A stretch of DNA of 32,000 bases from an uncultured Muribaculaceae bacterium (GCA_964408085.1 CAYOYB010000003.1:99314-131313); one strand, 5' to 3'; shown: positions 17,750 through 25,694, numbered from the stretch's first letter. Notes: generated from the letters alone by a model not told the origin. Translations and numbers: made by a program.

Positions 17750-18451
17750 TTATAAATATTTTCTTATTTTTAAATATCTATAAAGTACAGGACAAATATC
17801 CTCTATATTAAGTTTTGTATTATGAATAGCATAATTTAATATATCACTCATATTATAGGAATTATTTATAGTACATTTTTTTATTTTTGATATTGCAATT
17901 CCATGATTTGAAAAAGTGTGCAAATTCCATCTATCCATTTTTATAGAATCTAAATCAGAATATTTTAAAGAATATCCTGCTTTTATTAGATAATCCTTAT
18001 CATATCCTTTTGCTTTAATCTCATCAATATCATTAAAACTAAAGTCTACATCTTCTTTAATATCTGTGTTTAATAATATATAACTTTTTAAAAACCAATC
18101 AAAATATTTATATGCAACAATCCTATGTAATTTATTGATTTCAGTCCATTTAAAATAAACATTAATAATAAATTTTGAAAATCTATTTTTTCCTCTTATC
18201 TTAGTTCCTAAGTTAAATGCTCCTGGAATATGAGGATACTTTTCACAAACATTTATCCAACAGTCAAATAATATTAATAAATTATCTAACCCTTCAACAA
18301 AAAACACTTTTTTGGAATCCTCCAGTGATTGAGCATGAAATGATATTTTAGGTAATAACCCATTTTTAATAATGGATTCAATATTATTTTTTTTAGTAAA
18401 ATGAAAATAATTGGAATTTATATCATTTAGGTTCAATTTATAATCTCCCAT
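17750..18451 (-). CDS. Hypothetical protein (233 aa)
   Basis: Long ORF with its own TGaTATAAT promoter. The N-terminal YFHFTKKNNIESIIKNGLLP only vaguely recalls the opening strand-helix of ADP-ribosyltransferase-fold proteins, so I leave it unassigned. Confidence 0.55.
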   Translation of the reverse strand: MGDYKLNLNDINSNYFHFTKKNNIESIIKNGLLPKISFHAQSLEDSKKVFFVEGLDNLLILFDCWINVCEKYPHIPGAFNLGTKIRGKNRFSKFIINVYFKWTEINKLHRIVAYKYFDWFLKSYILLNTDIKEDVDFSFNDIDEIKAKGYDKDYLIKAGYSLKYSDLDSIKMDRWNLHTFSNHGIAISKIKKCTINNSYNMSDILNYAIHNTKLNIEDICPVLYRYLKIRKYL

Positions 18452-18507
18452 ACAACACCTCGAAAAACCTAATAAAATTATATCAAAATTTCATATATTT
18501 TTATAGT

Positions 18508-18788
18508 AAAAATAAATTAGAATGAACTAATTTATTTTCTTAATAATTAATCTTAATGAGTTTAAAACTAATAATAGTGTAACTTCTACATCAGCAATAA
18601 CTATATACCAAATTTTTGAATATCCTAATGTACCCAATAGAAGAAATAAAAATTTAATTGTAAGAGCAAAAACAATATTAAAGCGAACAATTTTGTTAGT
18701 TTTTTTAGATATCTTTATAGCATCACTTATTTTATCTAAATTATCAGTCATTAAAACAACGCTTGAAGCTTCAATTGCTGCATCACTA
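18508..18788. repeat. 281-bp direct repeat, copy 1 (orphan copy of the P-type ATPase 3' end plus terminator)
   Basis: It aligns base for base with 23214-23494, with about ten mismatches by eye and no indels. Confidence 0.9.
18527..18788 (-). pseudogene. 5'-truncated remnant of a heavy-metal P-type ATPase gene (last ~87 codons)
   Basis: It translates to ...SDAAIEASSVVLMTDNLDKISDAIKISKKTNKIVRFNIVFALTIKF...LRLIIKKIN, nearly identical to the C-terminus of the 610-aa ATPase at 23233-25065. Homology stops abruptly at 18788. Confidence 0.85.
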
Positions 18789-18976
18789 ATTTATAATTCC
18801 AAACAATTTTTGGAAGATAAAAAGTACCTTTTATGTTATGGGAATATTCCCAAAAATTACCTTTAGCACAATACTAGCTGGCTTGCACAGCTTGATAATT
18901 TGCTACTAACATATTTAAAAGTTAGTTGAAAATACATAACGATTAGTTACTAAGTTTCTTTTAATTAGTCAAAATT

Positions 18977-20203
18977 CTAAAAAATATTCAAAAAAGATTT
19001 TGCTTTATTAATATATGGTTTTCGTTCTAAAATTAATTCTTTCGAATCTATAGGAACATGTATATCTTTTTCATTAATAAATATATAATTAATATCTTTT
19101 CTTGATGAATTTCCAAATAATTCAATTGGTAAATAATAATTCATTATAATCCATAATACATCTGAACAATTTTTTGGAAAAAAACCTTCACCATCTGTTA
19201 TAACAATCTTGTTGTCAGCATCCTTTGAAAAACTTTCGGCCATAGCTGTAAAATCAGTAAATCCTCTACCTTTTATATGCAAATTATCAATATCGCTATC
19301 ATTTCTTATCTCATTCCAACCATAAAATTCGATATCACAAAATCCCACCTTTATTTGACTAGCAGATAATATATTTTTGCATTCTCTCAAAATTGCTTTT
19401 ATTTTTTGCATACTCATAGAACCACTACTATCGATAATTATTTCGCTTTCAGCATATGATATATCTTGTTTTTCTTCTTTTTTTATTATTCCATCAATTT
19501 CTACTTCATAAAATGCAGTGGTTACTTCATCTGGAGTAACTATATTTGCTCTTAATAATTCTTTCCAATAAATAAGAGGAGCTGCTCTTTCAACACTAAC
19601 ACTAGGAAATTCGATCCCTAATGACATGTTTCCAAATTGAGCCTGTTTTTTTAGTTCTTCTTGAAAATCCCCTAACAATTCATTTCTTAAATGGCTATTT
19701 TCACCCATTAAATCTTGTAAATCTTGATTATATACTTCATTTACCCACTCTTCTAAATCAGATATTTCCATGTGATAAGTATTTGCATTCATCCATTCTT
19801 TAATTTGCTTTAATTGAGGTAAATATTTCATATATAATTCTTCTGTAGAATAATCTAGTGCATCTGGAATATCTACAAGGCCTTCTGGCATTGTTAGTCC
19901 ATCCTTTACTAATAACTGATTAATAATAGCATCTTCAACATAGTTCAATAAATCTCTATCTCTTCCAACATTTCTAAATAAATGACTTAATACTATGTGA
20001 AATATTTCGTGAGCAACAATAAATTCTTTTTCATCATCAAAATAATCATCAATAAATTCTTGCTTATAAAAAATACATCTTCCATTAGTAAATGCTGAAG
20101 CAGGAACTGACTCATTCGTAAATTTAAATTGCAAATTAACAATAACATTACCAAACAAAGGATATCTTATTAAAAGATTTCTAATAATATTATTTATTTC
20201 CAT
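18977..20203 (-). CDS. HExxH metallopeptidase-like domain fused to a vWA domain (DUF2201_N/DUF2201-type architecture)
   Basis: The N-terminal domain has AHEIFHIVLSH (HExxH). The C-terminal vWA domain has an intact MIDAS, IIIDSSGSMS ... VITDGEG. The start overlaps the AAA+ gene's stop by 14 nt. Confidence 0.75.
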   Translation of the reverse strand: MEINNIIRNLLIRYPLFGNVIVNLQFKFTNESVPASAFTNGRCIFYKQEFIDDYFDDEKEFIVAHEIFHIVLSHLFRNVGRDRDLLNYVEDAIINQLLVKDGLTMPEGLVDIPDALDYSTEELYMKYLPQLKQIKEWMNANTYHMEISDLEEWVNEVYNQDLQDLMGENSHLRNELLGDFQEELKKQAQFGNMSLGIEFPSVSVERAAPLIYWKELLRANIVTPDEVTTAFYEVEIDGIIKKEEKQDISYAESEIIIDSSGSMSMQKIKAILRECKNILSASQIKVGFCDIEFYGWNEIRNDSDIDNLHIKGRGFTDFTAMAESFSKDADNKIVITDGEGFFPKNCSDVLWIIMNYYLPIELFGNSSRKDINYIFINEKDIHVPIDSKELILERKPYINKAKSFLNIF

Positions 20204-22046
20204 TTGATTCTAGCCTTTTAATAAATGGTTTATTAGATTGACTATATAATTTCATAATCCTTTGTTCATTATCTTTAGACCATTCATAATCAAAAACTGC
20301 TAAAAATTCTTTACCTAATCCACTAACAAACTCTCTTACTTTATCCACATTATCATCATCGACTGTACTTAAACACATTGTTGTATACCATCTTAAAGAA
20401 GGGTCAAATGGTACATCTTCTATGTTATATCTATTATTTAAGACATCATCAATAGTTATTAAATTCATTTTGCTGAATTTTATAAAATCTCGAGTAAGAC
20501 TTTCCCCAATAAATGCACGAAGTACATTGGGGTTATTACTTTGATATAATGCCTTTGAAGCTAAAGCCCATTTTCTTGGATCAGCATTAGGATTTACTCC
20601 ATCATATTGTGTTCTTAACACATTATCACCATTAACTCTTATATAATCTACAATTGCAGGATGTATTCCATCAATTTTTTGTTGACCTTTATAAAGTAAT
20701 TGCTTGCCATCTTTTTCTCTTTTTAATGCCCATTTTAGCCACTCTTCAGAATCAGTATTTATATAAACATGAGCAAATCTTCCAAACAATGGTTCACTTA
20801 ATGAATTTGCTGATCTTGATTCACTTGCTTCATTCCCTGCAGCGCATACAACAGCATTTTCTGGTAATTTCAATCTATATCCGCTGTTTGTTAGTGTTTT
20901 ATTTAATGTTACTTCAAAAGCAACTTTTTGTATGTCATTCTTTGCATTAGTTAATTCTTCTAAAAATAAGATATGCAATTTATCTGGTTCATCTGCACAT
21001 TTCTTACATAAACTTTTATACCAATAAGGTTCATATAAAAATAGTTCTTTTGAATTAAAATCTTTAGCTATAATACCTGTAAAGCCATCTGAACTTGTAC
21101 AACCAAAATCAATTAATTCTAAATTTCTATCTAGTGTAAGCATTCTTTCTGTTTTCCCAACACCAGTTTTACCATGTAAAAATACCGCAATGTTGCTATT
21201 TATACATATCTCAATTATTTCTTCTTCTGTAAGTGGAGTAAAATTAAACCCATAACGATTATTATCTTCTTTTTCTTCATCGCTAAATAATAATGCTGGT
21301 GCAGTATGTTCTAATTCATCATTGATGCTTTTTAAGAATTCATTATTTAAATATCTATTTAAATCACTATCTTTAAATTCTCTACCTGCTATATCAAAGT
21401 TTGCACCAAATAATACAATTGAGGAATATACTAATTTTGCTTTTTCATCTATAGTTAATGGAATACTTTCAACTTTTAAATAAACATCAGTATCTGCTTT
21501 ACTTATTGTTCCATCGCTCAAAACTTTTGATTCAACTTTATTTTTCTTTCTTATAAATCTTATACCAAATGCTTCATATTCGCAATATTCTTTTTCATCT
21601 ACAAAATGTGTTCTTCCTGTTGTAATAATTAGTTTACTTTTATTATCAAATAATTTGTCTATTATTTCTCCAACTCTTCCACCTATAATAGTTAGTGGGT
21701 ATTCAATATTTAAATTTTGTAATTCATTTAAATCAAAGTCTTCAATATCATCAAATGAAAAAGCTATTCTAACCCCATGTTTAAAATTAGTTTTAGTAGT
21801 TTGAGATAATACTCCACTATTATTAATATAAATCATATTATTAGTAGTAGCTTTATTCTTTTTATTAATAATATATTTTCCATCAAGCCAATATCCTCCA
21901 AAACCATTTGATTGATCATATGAAACCCCCGTTAAACGAGCCAAATCAGAGCAATAACATTCAACTCCTGATTGTTTTATAGTCTCTAGCATATTTTCAT
22001 CTTTAATATGTTCTTCTTTTAAAATTCCTATCCTCTTAATTTTCAT
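20190..22046 (-). CDS. MoxR/AAA_5-like AAA+ ATPase with an unassigned N-terminal extension of about 290 aa
   Basis: Motifs present: Walker A FLHGKTGVGKTERM, Walker B HILFLEELT, sensor-1-like VVCAAGNE, and LSEPLFGRFAHVYI (Arg-finger region). The first ~290 aa have no motif I can assign. A GAAGGGGGA SD lies upstream. Confidence 0.75.
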   Translation of the reverse strand: MKIKRIGILKEEHIKDENMLETIKQSGVECYCSDLARLTGVSYDQSNGFGGYWLDGKYIINKKNKATTNNMIYINNSGVLSQTTKTNFKHGVRIAFSFDDIEDFDLNELQNLNIEYPLTIIGGRVGEIIDKLFDNKSKLIITTGRTHFVDEKEYCEYEAFGIRFIRKKNKVESKVLSDGTISKADTDVYLKVESIPLTIDEKAKLVYSSIVLFGANFDIAGREFKDSDLNRYLNNEFLKSINDELEHTAPALLFSDEEKEDNNRYGFNFTPLTEEEIIEICINSNIAVFLHGKTGVGKTERMLTLDRNLELIDFGCTSSDGFTGIIAKDFNSKELFLYEPYWYKSLCKKCADEPDKLHILFLEELTNAKNDIQKVAFEVTLNKTLTNSGYRLKLPENAVVCAAGNEASESRSANSLSEPLFGRFAHVYINTDSEEWLKWALKREKDGKQLLYKGQQKIDGIHPAIVDYIRVNGDNVLRTQYDGVNPNADPRKWALASKALYQSNNPNVLRAFIGESLTRDFIKFSKMNLITIDDVLNNRYNIEDVPFDPSLRWYTTMCLSTVDDDNVDKVREFVSGLGKEFLAVFDYEWSKDNEQRIMKLYSQSNKPFIKRLESNGNK

Positions 22047-22075
22047 TTGGAATCCCCCTTCAAAATGTAAGTATT

Positions 22076-22104
22076 ATAATAGCATAAATGGTTTATCTTT
22101 ACAA
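22076..22104 (-). promoter_or_regulatory. Promoter of the AAA+/vWA operon
   Basis: The minus strand reads TTGTAA, 17 nt, TGcTATTAT (extended -10), about 30 nt upstream of the ATG. Confidence 0.55.
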
Positions 22105-22619
22105 TTATTTTCAATTAATTTATAAAAAATTTTCCAAGAGATTTTTAACACATAAGATTATAAAATTATTTTATAGTCATCTTTAACTTTGTATTTATAA
22201 TTCATTTTAATTGTTTTTAAATAACTGGGTACTACTGCATATCCTCCTTAGTAATACCTTTAGAAATGTCATATATATCTTTTACCTCAAAATCTTTATT
22301 ATCAAAATAGTCTTTTATTTCAACTTGTTGTGATTTCTTTTATCTTATCATTGTAAATTGTTATAGTTCTCTGAAAAGTGCTTAATTGCTTCTAAAATAG
22401 ATTTTAAATAGTATTTAGGGTTATTATTTTCTTTTGTTAAAGTTTTATTTTTAGTATACATGAAAATTCTTGAATTTATTTTACTATTAAATTACTACTT
22501 CATACACGATTTTTGTTAACAAAAAAATCTTATATATTTTTATAAACGATAAAAATGTATACTTGTTTTAATATGATATGATATGATATAATATCTATGT
22601 AAATGGAGGTTTATATACT

Positions 22620-23075
22620 ATGATTAAAACTGTTAAATATCCTAATTTTGATGAATACGACTTTATTAGATTATATTGTGCAATGAATTTTAAAAATGAA
22701 CTTTCACCAATTATAAAACATCATGAATTAGAAAAACGATTATACGCATTATACTCTTTACCTGAATTTAGAGAACTATTCCAAGGCATAATTCCTAAAA
22801 GGGATTATATAAACCCAGATAATAGTTATTTGGATTTAGGAACTGCATTAAATACAGCACAATTATTTGGATTATTAACACCAATAGATAGAGTTGGAGA
22901 GATTAGATCAATTGTTTCATGTGATAATGATATAGCACAAGAAATAATATCAAATTCTGATGCAGAAATGGTTAATAAAATGACTAACTTGTTTAATACA
23001 ATGTTTAACCTAGATCATAATTCAAAAGATGAAAGATTTATTGATCCTCAAGCGAAGATCTATAGTAAGCATTAA
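22620..23075 (+). CDS. Hypothetical protein (151 aa)
   Basis: It has a GGAGG SD and a TTGTTT-17-TGaTATAAT promoter whose spacer holds (TGATA)x3. It is divergent from the AAA+ operon and lies inside the same duplicated-flank segment. I recognise no motif. Confidence 0.55.
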   Translation: MIKTVKYPNFDEYDFIRLYCAMNFKNELSPIIKHHELEKRLYALYSLPEFRELFQGIIPKRDYINPDNSYLDLGTALNTAQLFGLLTPIDRVGEIRSIVSCDNDIAQEIISNSDAEMVNKMTNLFNTMFNLDHNSKDERFIDPQAKIYSKH

Positions 23076-23142
23076 AATCTCCCATTAGGCAAGAAGTACA
23101 GAGTCCAAAACTAGTAAAAAGAAATTAATATAAAAATAATTA

Positions 23143-23167
23143 AAATAGCAAAAATATGCTATTTTTT
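23143..23167 (+). terminator. Rho-independent terminator of the 151-aa gene
   Basis: Stem AAATAGCA / TGCTATTT followed by a T-run. Confidence 0.6.
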
Positions 23168-23213
23168 CTATTTCATTATGAAAAGAAAATCATTAAAATA
23201 ATTTTTCAAACAA

Positions 23214-23494
23214 AAAAATAAATTAGAATGAACTAATTTATTTTCTTAATAATTAATCTTAATGAGTTTAAAACTAATAATAGTGTAACTCCTACATCAG
23301 CAATAACTGCATACCAAATTTTTGAATATCCTAATGTACCCAATAGAAGAAATACAAATTTAATTGTAAGAGCAAAAATAATATTAAAGCGAACAATTTT
23401 GTTAGTTTTTTTAGATATCTTTATAGCTTCACTTATTTTATCTAAATTATCAGTCATTAAAACTATACTTGAAGCTTCAATTGCTGCGTCACTA
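23214..23494. repeat. 281-bp direct repeat, copy 2 (3' end and terminator of the intact ATPase gene)
   Basis: It matches 18508-18788. It includes the terminator hairpin AAATAAATTAG/CTAATTTATTT, which spans the TAG stop. Confidence 0.9.
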
Positions 23495-25065
23495 CCAACT
23501 CCACCCATAGAAATACCTAAATCAGATATTTTCATAACTGGTGCATCATTAATTCCATCGCCAACAAAGGCAGTAAAATTATCTGTTTTTAAACTAGTAA
23601 CCTTATTTACTTTATCAATAGGGAGCATATTGTAATAGTATTCATTAATACCTAATTTTTGACTTACTTTAGTTACAATATCTTTATTATCACCTGACAA
23701 CATAATAATCTTATTAATACCTTCTTTTTTTAATGTTTTAACAAGATTATATGCTTCTTCTTTTATTTCATCAGCAATAACAATATAACCTAAATAGGTT
23801 TTATTTCTAGCAAGATAAACAATTGTTCCAAGCTCATCTGATTTTGTTAGACTAATATCATTATCAGTTAAAAGTGAATAATTACCTATCAATAAATCAT
23901 CGTTATCTATTTTAACAGATATTCCTTTTCCACTTATTTCTTGAAAATCACTTATTCTGTTCTTTAAAATTTCTTTATCATATTTTTTAATAATCGATGT
24001 AGCAATTGGATGATTAGAATAATATTCACCAAAAGCCGCTAATTCTAGTAGTTCATCTTCACTAATATTAAGACTAACTATTTTTTGAACTGAAAAATTC
24101 CCTTTTGTAATAGTACCTGTTTTATCAAAAACAATATTTTTAATTTTAGATAAATTTTCTAATTCAGTTCCACCTTTAATCAAGATACCCTCTTTACTAG
24201 CACGACCAATTCCAGAAAAGAATCCTAGAGGAACAGAAATAATAAGTGCACATGGACATGATGTAACTAGAAAAACAAGTGATCTATATAACCAATCATT
24301 CAAATTTTGTCCTAACAAAACTGGCACTAATGTTAGAAGAAAAGCGCAAATAACTACAATTGGAGTATAAATTCTACAAAATCTTGTAATAAATTTTTCT
24401 GTTTTTGTTTTTTTATCCTCAGAGTTTTCAATTAACTCTATTATTTTAGTAGCTGTACTAGTTTCAAAAGTTGATGTTGCTTTAATTGTTAATACTGTAT
24501 CTATATTAGTTGTTCCACTTAAGACATTCATATCTTTTTTAACATGTCTTGGTATGGATTCTCCAGTTAAACTAGATGTATCAATACTTCCTTCACCATC
24601 AATAACAATTCCATCCAAACCAATTTTTTCACCAGGTTTAACAATAAAAATATCGCCTAATTTAATTTCCTTAATATCTATATTTTTGATTTTCTCGTTA
24701 ATTTTTATATTGATAGTATCACTTCTTAAATCCATTAGTTTAGTAATAGATTCTTCAGAATTATCAACAGCTTTATCAGATAGATATTCCCCTAAATTAA
24801 AAAGTAACATAACCATTAGAGCTTCTTCATATTCACCAATAAAGAATGCTCCTATTGTTGCTATAATCATAAGAAAGTTTTCATCAAAGATTTCTCCTTT
24901 TAAGATATTTTTGATTCCTTCAATATACATTTCATAAGATACAATGATATAACTAATAACTAACAATGTTAAATGTAGTATCTCATTATCTTTAAACATA
25001 AATGAAACAATAAAAATAATCGCACTTATAATAATCTTAAAAAATTCAAAATTAAATTTTTTCAT
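23233..25065 (-). CDS. Heavy-metal-translocating P1B-type ATPase (CPC type, Cd/Zn/Co-like), lacking an N-terminal HMA domain
   Basis: 610 aa. Motifs present: TM6 SCPCALIISVP, phosphorylation site DKTGTIT, SNHPIA (HP motif), and GDGINDAP hinge. The protein starts directly with TM helices. Confidence 0.9.
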   Translation of the reverse strand: MKKFNFEFFKIIISAIIFIVSFMFKDNEILHLTLLVISYIIVSYEMYIEGIKNILKGEIFDENFLMIIATIGAFFIGEYEEALMVMLLFNLGEYLSDKAVDNSEESITKLMDLRSDTINIKINEKIKNIDIKEIKLGDIFIVKPGEKIGLDGIVIDGEGSIDTSSLTGESIPRHVKKDMNVLSGTTNIDTVLTIKATSTFETSTATKIIELIENSEDKKTKTEKFITRFCRIYTPIVVICAFLLTLVPVLLGQNLNDWLYRSLVFLVTSCPCALIISVPLGFFSGIGRASKEGILIKGGTELENLSKIKNIVFDKTGTITKGNFSVQKIVSLNISEDELLELAAFGEYYSNHPIATSIIKKYDKEILKNRISDFQEISGKGISVKIDNDDLLIGNYSLLTDNDISLTKSDELGTIVYLARNKTYLGYIVIADEIKEEAYNLVKTLKKEGINKIIMLSGDNKDIVTKVSQKLGINEYYYNMLPIDKVNKVTSLKTDNFTAFVGDGINDAPVMKISDLGISMGGVGSDAAIEASSIVLMTDNLDKISEAIKISKKTNKIVRFNIIFALTIKFVFLLLGTLGYSKIWYAVIADVGVTLLLVLNSLRLIIKKIN

Positions 25066-25363
25066 TTCTAACCTCCTCCATAATATGTTCTAAACCATAC
25101 TCTAAAATTATTTTAATATGATCATCAGCAATGGAATATTTAACAATTTTGCCTATCTTATTAGTTTTTACTAAATTAGAAGTTCGAAGATTTTTTAATT
25201 GATGCGAAATAGCCGATTGACTTATATTTAAAATATCAGCAATTTCATTAACACATTTTTCACCATTTAATAAAACGTCTAAAATTCTTAATCTAGTAGC
25301 ATCTCCAAAAATTTTAAAAAATTCACTTAAACCAGTTAATAAATCTTTACTATGTGTTTTCAT
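25052..25363 (-). CDS. ArsR/SmtB-family metalloregulator (alpha5-site type)
   Basis: 103 aa with a winged HTH (ATRLRILDVL...CVNEIADILNISQSAISHQLKNL). The C-terminal DDHIKIILEYGLEHIME fits DxH-x10-H-xx-E, which resembles the alpha5 metal site of CzrA/SmtB. It overlaps the ATPase start by 14 nt. Confidence 0.8.
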   Translation of the reverse strand: MKTHSKDLLTGLSEFFKIFGDATRLRILDVLLNGEKCVNEIADILNISQSAISHQLKNLRTSNLVKTNKIGKIVKYSIADDHIKIILEYGLEHIMEEVRNEKI

Positions 25364-25379
25364 ATTACCCTCCTATATA

Positions 25380-25401
25380 TGATTATATGTTCATATATTC
25401 A
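25380..25401. promoter_or_regulatory. Putative ArsR/SmtB operator overlapping the operon's -10 box
   Basis: Near-palindromic 22-mer TGATTATATGT|TCATATATTCA, with 9 of 11 positions symmetric. On the minus strand it includes TATAAT, 17-38 nt upstream of the arsR-like ATG. Confidence 0.45.
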
Positions 25402-25694
25402 TATTATATTAAAAATTTAAAAATTAGTCAATACTAATATTAAAATGATAAACTTTACATTTATAATTATTATCTTTCAATTATATTACTCATTTATATT
25501 ATATTTATTTAATACGAACGATTGACATTTTTAACAATGAATGACTACATTCAAATAAAAAAAGAAGAAAAATTAATTTACAAATTATTAACTCCAAAAT
25601 TATGTTTATATAGAATATAATATTTTTTTTAGAATTAAATATAATTTACTAACTACTTAAATATAATAACAATTAAAATATGTGGGGTTTTATA

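Noticed and set aside
18527-18751. 74-aa ORF as an independent small membrane-protein gene
   Set aside because: It is a near-identical copy of the last TM helices of the P-type ATPase at 23233-25065. Homology extends in frame upstream of its ATG to 18788 and then stops abruptly. It is a truncated gene fragment.
17610-18915. Integron-like gene cassettes with attC sites downstream of the island genes
   Set aside because: There is no intI-type integrase. I could not find the R''/R' core sites (RYYYAAC / GTTRRRY) or the extended imperfect palindrome of an attC. Each gene also has its own promoter, unlike typical integron cassettes.
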